Shown: positions 41,208 through 54,900 of the stretch, in pieces
How the letters are laid out: every line of letters begins with the position of its first letter
How positions within the stretch are numbered: the first letter of the stretch is position 1
Assembly (NCBI RefSeq): GCF_009914755.1
Contig: NC_060942.1
Length of the DNA stretch: 64,000 nucleotides
From: the human T2T-CHM13v2.0 reference genome, Homo sapiens
Direction: 5' to 3' (one strand)
The notes under the pieces: model-generated
The model's input: only the letters and a program-made list of their open reading frames with translations
What the model was told of the DNA's origin: nothing
Database searches by the model: none
Position numbers and translations under genes: made by a program

Positions 41208-42912
41208 TCCAAGTGTTGTAAGTATTTCTTTAAAGAAATATGACAGAAAGTATAATTTAACAATAATTACACAAAAAATTAAAATTCTATCATAAAACAA
41301 GAAGGCAATAAGCAGTTAAACTATATACTGTTATGACTCTGAGAATTAAATATTACACCTAATTAGTTGTAGCAATATTTAATGAACAAAGATAGTGAGA
41401 TAATTAAAAATGTGATGAAAATTCCAAATAATTAGATATAACCAAGTGAAAGAAAACAGTTAATATGGCATAACACACAAATCTAAGGAATCAATTGCAG
41501 ATACATATTAAAGTAAAAAAAAGTGACAAAATAAGACTATATAATTAGTTATGACAGTAAATTTGAGTAGCTAAACAGTTTAGCTTATTTGGTAAAATAG
41601 GAAAATAATGAGATTAAGATAAAAACCAATCAGTCAAAACCAATTGCATGGGATCTAAAAAGGAGTAAGTGAAAAGAAGAAATGATCCAGAAAGTTTGAA
41701 AATAAAAAAGCAAGCTTAGATATTAGAGAATAATCAAATAAAAACAAAGTAGAAGTTGCTACGTTACTTCCAACAAAGAAAAATCCAAACTTAGATTGTT
41801 TCACTAGTGTATTCTGCCAAACATTTAAGGAAGAAATAATCCAATTCTACACAAGCTCTTCCAGAAAGTGTGAGAAGGGGGAATGCTTACCAACTCTTGT
41901 TATGAGACCAAAATTACCCAGAAAGCAAAAGAGCCATTGAAAAAAATAAAACTGTCGATGAATATCCCTCAGGAACCTCAACATAAAATTCCCACGAAAT
42001 ATCAGCAAATTGAATCCAGCAATATAAAATCTTGGGATGAAGAAAGAAAAACTTAAAAAATGCAAAAAACAAAACAAAAAACAAGAAAATATAAATTCAG
42101 AAAAGTAAAATTAAAATATTAAAACCTAAAACTAAAAGATCGGTGTTTGTGAATATAACCAAAAGGTTATTCTTTGGGGGATAAACAAGAAAAGAACAAA
42201 TCAAGCAAAAATAGAAAAATCTTAATTTAAAAATTAATGTTAATGGGGGAAATAAACATACATTTGTAGAAGTAACTTATGACTTCATACTAATATATGT
42301 GACTATATCAATGAAATTCACAATATACAACTAAAATTAAATTAAAAGTAATTAGAAACATGAATAGGAAAATAAATGTTAGATATTGAAAAAATTAGTG
42401 GTCAAAGAATATATCTAAAATAAGTGTCAATATCAATTTAAAAATAAATTCTTGCATTACTAAAGTCCATTTATAATACCCATGCTATATAATGATTCAT
42501 AACGGGTAAATATTGGGAGTTTCAAATCATATTTATAATCAATTGCAACCAGTATATCAGAAATTTATAGCACCAAAACATAGAAAACTGTGACCAATCT
42601 ATGGTCACAGTACATTTATTCTAATGTGAATAAATGTAAAATACTTTAGAGCTTACCAGCAATATTACTACCTGGACCTACGATCAAAAAAGCATATTTA
42701 TAGTAATGCAGAGATAATTTATTACAATAAATCCAAACTATAATTTATTACATCATTAGGTAAAGAGTAAAATTATTTTTTAGAAATTTACAAAGAATTC
42801 TTGAATAACTAGAGAAAAAAATTACTATGAGTTGCAGGAAATTTTCCAATATAATCTGAGTTTATTTTTAAAAATAAATGTACAAGTTTAGCTAAAAAAA
42901 AAAAAAATTGTA

Positions 42913-43195
42913 TTGGGAGGCCGAGGCAGGCAGATCAGGAGGTCAAGAGATGAAGACCATCCTGGCCAACATGGTGAAACCCCGTCTCTACAAAAAATAC
43001 AAAAATTAGCCAGGTGTGGTGGTGCTTGCCCGTAGTTCAAGCTACTTGCGAGGCTGACGCAGCAGACTTGCTTAAACCCGGGAGGTGGAGGTTGCAGTGA
43101 ACTGACACTGGGCCACTTCACTCCAGCCTGGCGACAGAGCGAGACTCTGCTCTGTCCCCCCGCCCCCACCGCCCCCACCACACAAACAAAAAAAT
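42913..43195 (+). mobile_element. 5'-truncated AluSc-like element with C-rich tail
   Basis: Diagnostics GAGGTCAAGAGAT..ACCATCCTGGCCAACATGG and CCTGGCGACAGAGC. Confidence 0.88.
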
Positions 43196-43385
43196 TGTAA
43201 AGACTTTTAAGGTAAAAAATTTCGTAAAGACTTTTAAGGTAGGACTTAAAAAGTATCAAGAATTAAAAAGTATTATAAAGATATACTAATTAAAATAGTA
43301 ATACATTTGCTTATGAATAATGGAATATAATAAAGAAAACAAATTTCATAAAAAGGATTTTATAAGTCAGGAAAGAGTGAGGATT

Positions 43386-43672
43386 GGCCTGGCGTGTTGG
43401 CTCAGGCTTGTAATCCCAATACTTTTTGAGGCCAAGGGAGGCGGATCACGAGGTCAGGAGATTGAGACCATCCTGGCTAACACGGTGAAACCCCATCTCT
43501 ACTAAAAAGACAAACAATTCGCTGGGCGTGGTGGCAGGCGCATGTAGTCCCAGCTACCAGGGAGGCTGAGGCAGGAGAATGGCGTGAACCCGGGAGGCGG
43601 AGCTTGTGAGACGAGATTGCGCCACTGCACCCCAGCCTGGGCAACAGAGCAAGACTCTGTCTCAAAAAAAAA
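43386..43672 (+). mobile_element. AluY
   Basis: GGATCACGAGGTCAGGAGAT, CCTGGCTAACACGG and GAATGGCGTGAACCCGGGAGGCGGAGCTTG. TSD AAAGAGTG(A/G)GGATT. Confidence 0.94.
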
Positions 43673-44746
43673 GAGTGGGGATTATTTTACATGAAATATA
43701 TATGCATAATACATATATTATATATATAGCAAGACTACTATTCAATAAATCAATAAATATACAAATATACACAAATATACAAAATACACAAATATACAAA
43801 TAATAAGCTTATGTCTCCTGGTGAACAATTTGGAGAAAAGATAAAATAATTTCTGCACAGTAAATGTTAAATGTAGAATATGAAACCCTAAAAGAAATAG
43901 AAGAACACATAGATGGCTCTTTAACAAATTTAAAGGCAGAAATCATAATTAGTAACATAAAATAACCTTACATTTTAGAGCTTCCTTAGTTTTATTTACT
44001 CAAATGGATTGAATATGTAAAGAAACCAAAAAGCAAATTATAATTTGATATAAATATTTACAACCTGTGACAGAAATGGCAAAGTAGAGCTTTGTCAAAT
44101 GCAAAGAAACGACATGAATCCCAATAGTGGGAAAACATTTGACAAAATGTATTGACAGAAAATTCACAAAAGAAGAAATACAAATTATAAATTACTATTT
44201 GAAGAACATTTTTACTCATTAAAAGCAAAATGAGCATTTAAAGTGACTCAAGATCAGACAGCTTCTTGTATATTTATAAAAATATTAACTCTCCCTATTT
44301 CCTCCATCCCATAAAACATTATTATTTGCCTGGGGCCAAATGTTTAATATATTTAGAAAGGATATTTGCAAATGGCTTTATCAAAACCTTACATATACTG
44401 TGCCTTCCTTTATACATGCATTTTTCCTCTCAAAAACAATAGTGCCAGTAACAATTACTTGTGAAAAGTTTAAAACAGAGAACAATGTGACATAGAATTT
44501 TACACTGGAGCGCAATTTTGTGTACTTTTTTATGACAATAGTGTAAGATCTAATATATATAAAGATAGATAGATCGATCTTGAAATGTGCTTTAATGTAT
44601 GTTCTTTTACCCTTTTGTGAAAATATATATTAAAATAAAGTCTGATTTCAACTTAATCAGGGACACATGATGAATGTTAAATGACATGAGCACACAGGCC
44701 AAACAGAAACATTTTTGTTATGACCGATCATTTAAAAAGCTCAATT

Positions 44747-44864
44747 AGCAGCGCATGGTGGCAGGCACCTGTAATCCTAGCTACCTGGGAGGGTCAGGTG
44801 GGAGGATCACTTGAGCCTGTTAGTTCAACTCTAGCCTGGGCAACATAGTGAAACCCCAACTCTT
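44747..44864 (+). mobile_element. Alu monomer (FLAM_A-like)
   Basis: GCACCTGTAATCCTAGCTAC..GGAGGATCACTTGAGCC..CTAGCCTGGGCAACATAGTGAAACCCC. Confidence 0.8.
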
Positions 44865-47734
44865 ATTTTTTTTTTCTTAAAGGCTTTGTTAGGTACCCGT
44901 TCAAATGATTAATTTTCCCTGCGATAAACATATGTTTCCATGTAAATTTAATTTCACATGTCAATTTAAAAATTAAGGCAGCATTTATCCCCATTGAACA
45001 AGGGAGAATCAAAAATATTCTCTAAATAGAACTATTACTTCTCATCTTCAGGTGAAACAGACACTGCATCTACTTATTACACATTTGTGCCAAACAATTT
45101 TCTGAACCTTCTCATGCTCTTACGCTTGATCTGAGGCCATCAGCCAGCATGGTGAGGTTTTCTGTACCCAGTCATTAGGAAACAGCTGCTTGAGTATCAG
45201 CATCAAGAAGAAGTGGACTAATTCAAGAGCAAAATTAAAATATCATTTTCAAAGAACATTCCTGCATCTGGAGATATTTTCCATGTCTGCCAATCTGAAG
45301 TAACCCACCAGAAACATAATTTGTATTCATAACTTTTTAAATTTTTATATTTTCCTATTTATTGTCTATGTCTCTAAAGAAGCAAATGAGCTCCAAGAAG
45401 GGAGCATAAACTGTCCTGTTTAATAGTGACAGTGCTTAAGACGTCACAGGGGCTCAATATTTAATTGAATGAATGAATTTTCAGTTACAGTGTGGAATGA
45501 AAATTCACTTATGGATGATATACCACAGTCGGTCAGAAGCGTTTGAAAAAATTGAGCCACGACGATACAGGCTATCAATTAGAATTTAATAGATTGCTAG
45601 CCTAGATCCAGTTCAGACTGCTGACTAAGTTGTTTCACTCTCTTTCCATGTAATTTGATGGGCAATATTTAGCTAACTATTGATACACTTGATATGGAAC
45701 TACTGGCACTGCCAAAACACCAGATCCAAAGTTTGTCAATTAAGTTCACAGTTTTGGAACGGTCTCTTAGCTTCTATTGCCTTATTAAAAACTTCCAATG
45801 AAATCCAGTCACTTTACTTGAGATGTCCCACAAAACAACTTTTCATGACAAAATTAGTTTGGAAAACTTGTATTAAATAGCTATATCTTAGAGATACTCA
45901 ATTCATGCTAACATATTAAAGACCTTTGGAAACTCAGAAAGAAATGATTTTTAATTTTTGTTAACCTCAAATCACTCAAAAATTATTTGGACACCAATCC
46001 TTTTTCTTTCAAAACCTCTTAAAATCTTCAGAGTGCTGGCAAATATTCTTCAGTGGTCCTGGACTGCGTAGTCTTTTGATTCTTTCAAAGAGTTATCATA
46101 TACCTTGAGAATATACCACAGGCATGTCAGAAGTACTTGAAAATTTTGACAAAATGATGTAGTTTTATTTATATTAATAAATAATAAGTAGAACGAAATA
46201 GCACATTTAATAAAGAAGATATTTGCCTTTTATGAATGTCATTAAAACATTTTCTAAATTAGGCAATATAACAAAAACTTTCAATAAATTCAAATAAGTC
46301 ATAGTGAAACAGTCCATAATTTATAATAATATGAAACAACACTACAAATTCATGACAAAAATTGAGAGGAAACACTTTAACCTGAAACTTGGAAATATGG
46401 GTGGAGAATCATTGACGGTTGGGGAAAAATAAAAGACTGTGAGGCCGTTTCTGCCAACTCTGCTTCCCTGGTGGTTCACTAACCCATGCCTCTTTCACAC
46501 GGGACAGGCTGCCTGCCTGAAGAGTCATCGTCCCCACCCTGGGCTCAGCTCGCACCCCTCCCTGTGTCCCCAGTGAGCCAGTGAGGCTGCAGATTACCTA
46601 CTGTAAGGAGAGGAACTATTCTGACCAATATGAACCATCACAGTATCAGCGATATTGATGAGAATGAACGAACGCCTTTATAACAGCAACAAATAAATAT
46701 AAATAAAAGTTTTTAAATAAAAGTATAAAAATTACACAATATGGAAAATGGCTAAAACTATGCTCACAAAAAAATCTGGAAACTTAAAAAGAATTTGTTT
46801 TTTTTAAAAAAGGAAGTAAGTACTCCACATAAGAAGTTTGAAAAAGAATAAGCAAAATCAACCAAGATATACTGGCAGGAGAGAAATAACAAATATACAA
46901 GCAGAAATTAATAAAGCAAAACAATAACTTTTATAAATATATGCAGAACTTTGTTCTTTGAAAAAATAAACATGAACTTAAAAATACAGGAAAAAGCACA
47001 AAATCACAAAATTATAATTGGTAATGAGAATGAATCATAGCAAGCAAATTAAAATCATCTGTCTCAACTCTACGGAAATGTATTTTAAAACCTGAAGTGC
47101 ATGATGGTCCAGGAAAACATAAGATATCAGAAAAAGGAAAGGATGATTATGTTAAAACAATAGATGTCTTTTGTTAGATATTCTAAGTTTATAGGCATAC
47201 TATAGATTTCTTGATATAGTTTGGGTGATTTTCAAAGTTTTAAAAATTTGGAAAGTAACAGAAAATAAACTATGGTATCAATAATGTTTCTTCAACTGGT
47301 AAATGAATACAATCACATCAGAATGCATTTTAAAGCCATGGCTTAACTCCTAGCCAACATGTTAGCCTACAAAAGCAATTGAGAGACATAACATAGAAAT
47401 AATTTGAAAGTAATGATATGGTGGAATTAATGTTGCCTTAATTAAAAGACCAAATGCCAGCTCAAAATTTCCTTCCTGCGGCATTATTTCCTGATTCACT
47501 GGGCTGTTACTCTTACTCTTCAGTGCTCTACAGTCGGCATCTATTTTAGCAGCGAACACTCTGTACTGGAATTATGCATTTTTATGTGTGTCTCAGACAC
47601 TTTCCCTTGATGTTGGTGACTGTCTTCTTTAATTCTGTATTCCAGGGACCTGCCACAAAATCTGACTCTTTATAATCAATGGCTACTGAATTCATTAATT
47701 CATTTATTCATTTAACTAATATTTTTTAAATATT

Positions 47735-48228
47735 TATTTTTAACAGCTTATTGGGGTATAAATAATGCACAGAGAACTTCATGTATTTAATGTGTATAAT
47801 TTGATGAGTTTGGACATATGGAAACACCTATGATGTCATCACTGCAATCAAGGTAATACACATATCTGACACCTCCAAAAGTTTCTCTTCATTTGTATTT
47901 GTTTTTCGTTTATTTTGTGGTAAGAACACTTAACATGAGATCTACCCTCTTAACACACTCTTTGAAGTACACAATACCATGATGTTAACTATAGGCACTA
48001 TTTTGTACAGCAGATACTTTGAACGTATTCATCCAGAACAACTGAAACTTTATACCCATTGACTAACTCCCTATTTTCCCCACCCCCAGTCCCTGGCAAC
48101 TGCAATGAGTCTGACTATTTTAGATACCTCATGTTTTAAGTGGAATCACATAGTATTTGTCCTTCTGCGACTGGGTTTTATCTCACTTGACATAATGTCC
48201 TCCAGGTTTACCCATGCCATCTGTGACA
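47735..48228 (-). mobile_element. L1MB/L1MA10-type 3' end fragment
   Basis: TTTGATGAGTTTGGACATATG..GTGGTAAGAACACTTAACATGAGATCTACCCTCTTAAC..ACTATTTTAGATACCTCAT..CATAATGTCCTCCAGGTT. Confidence 0.85.
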
Positions 48229-48397
48229 AAAAACCCCTTTTGAATTTCAACTTTGGCTAATGAAAAAACCATTAGCCAAAGCTTGATCTCCAATTCACAC
48301 ATTTCTGCGCAGTTCTGTGTCCAGAGCCTTGTGGTCAGATAGTTCTTTGTTCCAGTTCTTTCTGTGCCAAAGTAAGGGACACTTTGGGGAACCCTGG

Positions 48398-48783
48398 TGA
48401 TATGCTTAGGCTCTGTGTCCCCATCCAAATCTTGTCTTGAATTGTAATCCCCACAGTCCTCTCACATTGAGGGCAGAACAGGTGGAGATAATTGCATCAC
48501 GGGGATGGTTTCCCCCATGCTGTTCTCATGATAGTGAGTGAGGTCTCACAAGATCTGATGGTTTTATAAGGGGCTTCCCCCTTTGCTAGGCACTCTGTCT
48601 TGCCTCCGTCTGAAGAAGGTGCCTGCTTCTTCTTTGCCTTCCACCATGATTTTAAGTTTCCTAAGAACCTCCCCCTGCTCCCTGCCCAGCGATGCAGAAC
48701 TATGAGTCAATTAAATCCCTTTCCTTTCTAAATTACCCAGTCTCAGGTATTTCTTCATAGCAGTGTGAGAACAGACTAGTACA
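48398..48783 (+). mobile_element. MaLR solo LTR, THE1D-like
   Basis: TGATATG..GGCTCTGTGTCCCCA.CCAAATCT..TTGAATTGTAATCCC..AATTACCCAGTCTCAGGTATTTCTTCATAGCAGTGTGAGAACAGACTA.TACA. TSD CCTGG/CATGG. Confidence 0.9.
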
Positions 48784-51144
48784 CATGGTCACCTGACAAA
48801 CAGAGCTCAGAGTTATTTGGGGAAAGATGTTCATCAGAACTCCCAAAAGATTAGAAGATTATCACATCTATCAGACGTGGTTACAAAAAAGGGAAAGGAG
48901 TCTGGTCTAGTCTCTTGTCAAGACCACCTCCAAGGAATGGCCAACATCTGAAGGTAATAGAACGGCCTCAGAAGGAATCTCCTCAAAATTAGCAATGCTT
49001 ATTTGTCCACCAGGAGTTTTGCCTTTTTGCATAATAACTAATATCTTTTTAAAAAACAAAATGCCATTACGAATATGGCTCACTCAGTCTGTCAAGAAGA
49101 GGGATGAACCCAAAAGTCCAATTTGCTTTTTCAGGGGAGGATTTTACAAGGGCATGAGCAGTGCAATGGCAATGTAACTCCCTCAGCCCTCCAGTTACTA
49201 TTTCCTACAGCCCCAGGATTAGAAATAATTTTTAAAAATGTGTCACCTAGATTGTGCACAGAGTGAATACGTTTCTACAAGTCTATAGCCTCAGTTATGA
49301 GGAATGTCACTGATTCCTTAAACTCCTTTATCCAACTGGTCCAATATCCTTCCTGATTGGGGGCCCTCTAACCATAAGAGAGCTCCACGTGATTCATTAG
49401 CAAAACGACAAAACCCTACAAGAAATGTTCTTTCCGAAGTTCTGCTTAAAGCTGGAGCTGAGCGCAATGACTCACTGTTATTCTAAGTGAAAGGAATGCA
49501 AGGAAGCCATCAATCTTGAGATCGTACATCTATTTGAGCTACCCAGGAAGCTAATGCCAGTGGAAAAAAATGGCATTTCCACAAAGATCTAGTCAATGCC
49601 CCCTTACCATTTCTTTCATCCTTCCTTTTATTCTTCAATTCCTGCCATCTCCTGGGTTTATCAGAAAGTTCCTCATGCAAAAAATAAATAAATAAATAAA
49701 TATATAACACTTTTATTATTTTATTCATTTCATCCTAAAATACTTCCTGAGATATAAGTTTAATTTTGTAAAAAAGTAAAAGTAACCCTAATATAGAAAT
49801 ATATTACATCTTGAACAGTCACAGTTCTGGAAAAAGAAAGTACTCACTAAATATTTGTTGGGCAAATGTATATTAATTTTTTTGTGAATTCATCTGAGCC
49901 CTTTATTCAGCCTTAAATAAGTGAACAAAAACAAATTTCTCTAAACTTGCCTGATATTTAAATGCTATATTTATTTGTTTGAGTGAAAAAAAGAAGATAA
50001 TGAGTCTGAAACTTGTAATCACCAACTAAGCTAGATTTGTAGGGCATATTGCCCAGAGACTACTTTATTTCACTTTGGGAATTAACCCCAGCTTAGCTGC
50101 TACCAGCAGGCATCATTGAGGGTAGCATAAAACTCTAACTGAACCTTTCTCTATGAAGGTTAACTGAGAAAACTATGAAAATATACTATTCAGCTGTGGG
50201 GCTTGATTTTTTTTCAGAAAAATAAACTCTCTAATTACTAAATTATGTAATATATATAAAAATTCAGTATATACATTTACATCTAATATTAAGAAAATGT
50301 CAGTTGGAGCAAAATAATAAAAGCTAATATCAAAGTTGAAAACTGTCATTTTGAAACTTGCACTAGGGGTAAAAGCTATCTAGAGTATGTTATACAGAGA
50401 TCACCAGATCACCGTGGGCTCCTAGGAACTCCAGGTTTGTTCCTTTTGTCAAATTTTTTCTTTCCACCCACTGGAGAAAACTCCTGTCTCTGCCCAGACC
50501 CACACTGCATACTGGTTTCGGGCTCTCTTTTTGGAACTAGTCCCAGGGTATCTGAGGTGTGTGGAGGTTTATTGGTTCAGCCCACTCCAAATTTCTACAA
50601 ATCCAGGATTCTGTTCTCCAATCAGACACCACTGAGGACTTTGATTGGCAGCTCATCTAATCACAATGCAGGTTTTATCTATTGCAGAGCTCTACATTTG
50701 TTCCTGAGCTGGCAAAGATGCCTGGACACATTGAGAATAAAATATCTTCTCTAAGTTGAGTTTTACCTCGCAAAAAACTAAGCAAAGGATCTATAAAGAT
50801 CATAACACTAAATGCCTTTTATTTTCCTGGGACTTCGTTTTTCTTCATAAGGGCTTCATAGACAGGATACAGCCAGCCCTCCTGTCATTTGTAAGCAACC
50901 CTTAACCCCTATACTCTTTATCAACCTCTCCTGCCTGATCAGGGCAATAACTTCATTATTTGACAAGCATTCAGAAAACATCAAAGGGTCATTGCTTTTT
51001 AACTCTAGAATTTTTAAGTGTTTGACCATTTGTACATTTTTAACACAAAAACACAGTTTTATGCCAATGGCTTTCTTCCAGTGTGAGGGAGCTTATCTGA
51101 TAGGCAAGTAAAAAAGGTGATCTCCAAAGAACGACCTTGTGTTC

Positions 51145-51519
51145 TATTTTAGTCCATTTTTTGTTGCTATAACAGAATGCCTGAGGTTGAGTAATTTATA
51201 AAAAAGAGAAATTTATTTATCACCATTCTGGAGGCTAAGAAGTCCAAAACTGAGGGGCCAGCCTTGGGTGAGGGCCTTCTTTTTATGTCATCCCATGATG
51301 GAAATTGAGAGGGGGTGTGCGTGAGAGAGAGAGGGAGAAGGGGGCTGAACTCCACTTTTATAAGGAAGCTCCTCCCACAAAAACAGCATTAATCAACTCA
51401 TGAGGGGATCACCTCTATGACCCAAACACCTCCCATTAGGCTCCATCATCTGAACACTTTCACAGTGGGGATCAAGTTTCTAACACATGAACTTTAGGAG
51501 ACACATTTAAACCCTAGTA
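51145..51519 (-). mobile_element. MaLR solo LTR, MSTC/MSTD-like
   Basis: TTAGTCCATTT..GTTGCTATAACAGAAT.CCTGAG..TGACCCAAACACCTCCCATTAGG..GGGGATCAAGTTTC.AACACATGAACTTT. Confidence 0.85.
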
Positions 51520-51687
51520 TGCTCCATAACAATGAGCAACTGTAGCTTAGAGAGACTCACTTTGCAGTTCAAAAGCTTTTCAAATTTAAGTGTTTTGTCT
51601 CAAATCATGTATTGTTTGCTCCCTCACTATTGTAGTTTTGTGACTTTTTCCATTACACAAGGCTTAAGGGGTTAACATCTCCATAAT

Positions 51688-51975
51688 TTCTTTCTTGACA
51701 GAGTCTCACTTTGTCACCCAGGGTGGGGTACAGTAATGCAAACACGGCTCATTACAGCCTCAACCTCCCCAGCTCAAGCGATTCTCCTGCCTCAGCCTCT
51801 AAGTAGCTAGGATAATAGATGCATGCCACCACACCTGGCTAATTTTTGTATTCTTTGTAGAGATGTGTTTTTGCCATGTTGCCTAGGTTGGTCTCAAACT
51901 CCTGAGCTCAAGCAATCCACTTGCCTCAGCCTCCCAAAGTGTTGGGTTTACAGGCATGAGCCACTGCACTCGGCC
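51688..51975 (-). mobile_element. AluJ
   Basis: ACAGCCTCAACCTCC..GCTCAAGCGAT; AACTCCTGAGCTCAAGCAATCC. TSD-like CATA(A/G)TTTCT. Confidence 0.9.
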
Positions 51976-54900
51976 CTCATAGTTTCTCCATTAATTTGTT
52001 TTGCTTAAAGAAAAATAAGCGCTTAAACTATATGGTATAAAATCTGTCTGTCTTGCAATTGCAATTGTCTTTTTAGGATAGCAAATTATAAAAGCATGTG
52101 TAAGAAGAAAAACATTTGCTAGCCAAGTTCTACGAGACGGGGCTCTCGTTCTGATTTTCTAGTGCCTTAACTTTTGGTATTACTCCAACCACTTACTTGC
52201 TAATTTTTGTCTCATTTTTCTTAGGTAATGTTAGACTAGGTTATCACTAAAAAAATCCTTAATCATAATAGTCTATGAAACTCTAATATTTAGCAAATGC
52301 CTTTATAGTAAAAGCAAATTATTTGTTAAGTTATATTAACTTTTTTCATACTACTATTTAATCTAGTAGTGTGACGGACTTATTCTTTGCTGTTACACTG
52401 AAAAGTTTGGCTTCTCCTTGGTACACTAAGGAATGCATGTATTAGACACTCAATAAGTAAATGTTGATGAAAAAGAGGAAAAAGGAAGAGAGAGAAAGAG
52501 AAGAACGCAAGAAAGTATGTAAACCAGCAGGCTTTCTCTCCAAAGTTGCGAGCATCTCCTAACTCATTAAACTGCAAGGCACGGACTAAATTATGTTCTG
52601 CCCCAGGAAACTCACAACTTTACAACTTGTTTTCATTGGCACAGAATAGCCCCCACACTCTTCATCCTAGTATTTCTTTTCTTTCTTAAAATTATGGGAG
52701 TAATGTTTTCCTTCCAATACTGGTTCTCCTCTGTGCTCTTAAGCCCGCAGTTATTCAGTAAAATTGACTGCATGACAACTTGAGATAGAAGTAATGTGAG
52801 GTCAGCAATCTGAGTCACATATCAAACTAAGAAGGTATTATGGGACAAATCACATTTTAAGCAGTTGGAGCTTAGATAAATGCAGGAATATTGATAGCAT
52901 TTATGGTCTGTATAACAGCCTGTGGTGTGACAGAGCAATAGCACTTTGAAATATAGGCAGTGGATGTTAATTAACGGTAGATCATAATGGAACTCCTGTG
53001 GTATTACATGATGTCCATGTGAAATCTCTAATAATTTATAATGCTTGATGTGATCCCATAGCATGTGACAAGAAGTGTGATTATTTGTAGCTTTGCTTGC
53101 TCTGCAGCATAAAATTTACTTTAGAAGCAATGGGCACTGTTGCTAATACACACCCCCCTCTTGCTAACACAGGCGTGTTCCTTCAAAGATGCATTTCAGC
53201 TTTTCCAGAATCAAGATATGGCTTCAAATCCTTAAATGAAATGTAATTCTACAGTGAATAAATATTATCTCACAGGAAATACATAAATACTTTTTTTCCA
53301 GGAAACAGTGAGTGGAAAGTAGTTTCTTAATTACTAGTTCATAGCTGTGTGGTCTCAGATGCTATGATTTTGAGTCCCTAATGTGCTAATTTTAGACTAA
53401 TTGCATCCTTGACATCTAATTGTTCTGTTCCAAACCTGACAGCCATACTGTTCTTTCAGATGCTTCCTGGGGAAGTATGAGAAGAAAGACATAAAAAGAG
53501 ACTTTCACTAGCAAACTAAACAATTTAAGGATACTTAGCCCCACTCTCAAAATTTACGAAAGCCTTTAAATTTCAAGAGTAGAAGAAGCGTGCCACACAT
53601 TAATGATACATTTCCTCTGCATTATTAAAGTGTTCCCACCAGTGTTATGTTAGGTGAGTGACACATGTGTCAAAAAATGCTAATTGGATTCAACTGGTCT
53701 TGTTTTTCCCGCTAATTTGTACCCACAAATTAACTCTTGTTAATCTACTTGTAAATATCAGTTGCAAAAATATGAGAAGTAAATGAACAGCCCTCAAGCA
53801 AATGATGCATGCTTTTTCCAGAACCATCTTTCCATTTCCTGGCCCACTTATCCTTCCACTGAAATAGGAGCCTGAGAATGAGGGACAGAGAATTTCAGCT
53901 GGAGTGAAGGGCTTCATTTGTCTCTTTCTATGCAAAACCAACAGACCCTTAGACCATGAAGCCAAATACAAATTTCTTTCTTTTGAAAATATCACAGGAG
54001 CAGCTGTTCCTCAGCTATTTTGAGTGGATTTTCTGAGAACAGCTTGTAGCTGCAATATTGTATATGGTAGATGGTTGGCAAGAACCTGGCTGTGGGAGGG
54101 GAGTAATTAAAACCTAAAAACCAGTGTAAGCTACAGTAACTAACAAATGAGGGCCAGGGATGGGGAGAAGGGACATGCCCCCAAATGGAAAGGGATGGAT
54201 AAGAAGGTACAATTACCCCAATGGCAAAAAAGGCTAGCGTTATTTTATTTATCTAATTTGAGCTTAATCCTCCTAATTTGTTAGCACAATTTTCAGGGAA
54301 AAAAGGAAGAGATTGGAGGTAAGGACAAAAGAAAGAACCACAAAGAATAAAGGAAGAGAAATAATTTCAGATGGAAGTGAAAATTCAGGCTGCAGTGAGG
54401 CAGCAGGTAACAGCCTCTTTGCTTTCCCACTGGGTTTGATGACACCTCAGCAGAGCAGGAGTCTGCTTATTGGTTCCACGCTGGCTTGCACATCATATCT
54501 CTGGCTGAGAGCTAACGTGTTTTGGGGCCCCTGATCTGGGTCATAGAATATCATCCCTGTGTGCAACAAGGAAGCATGGTCAGCCTGTGGATTCTGAGAG
54601 AATAGCCAGAGTGTCATCAGAACAGCATCAGCATCTGAAGTCAAGCTGAGGCAACAGAGATTCTGAACCAAAGAGGTTCCCAGCAGAAGCTATTTGACAT
54701 ATCCCAAAAGATCCTTGATGTATCACACACTGGAGTAGCCAAGACCTCCCCACTCAGTCATCCCTACATTGTCAAAGCCCTGGAGCTTGGGCTGCTAGAA
54801 AATATGTTCATGACAACCTTATGTGTTAGTCCCCAAATCCTGTGTTTTCATTCAAACACCCACTCTCCAGATCTCAGGCACTTGTCATCTGAACATCTCA

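Larger units (their letters stand above)
40200..44220 (+). mobile_element. Highly degraded old L1 (L1ME/HAL1-like) region with younger inserts
   Basis: A-rich strand bias; ATAATAGAAGAAAAT; AAACATTTAAGGAAGAAATAAT.CCAATTCTACACAA; AATTCACAAAAGAAGAAATACAAAT. Boundaries approximate. Confidence 0.6.
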
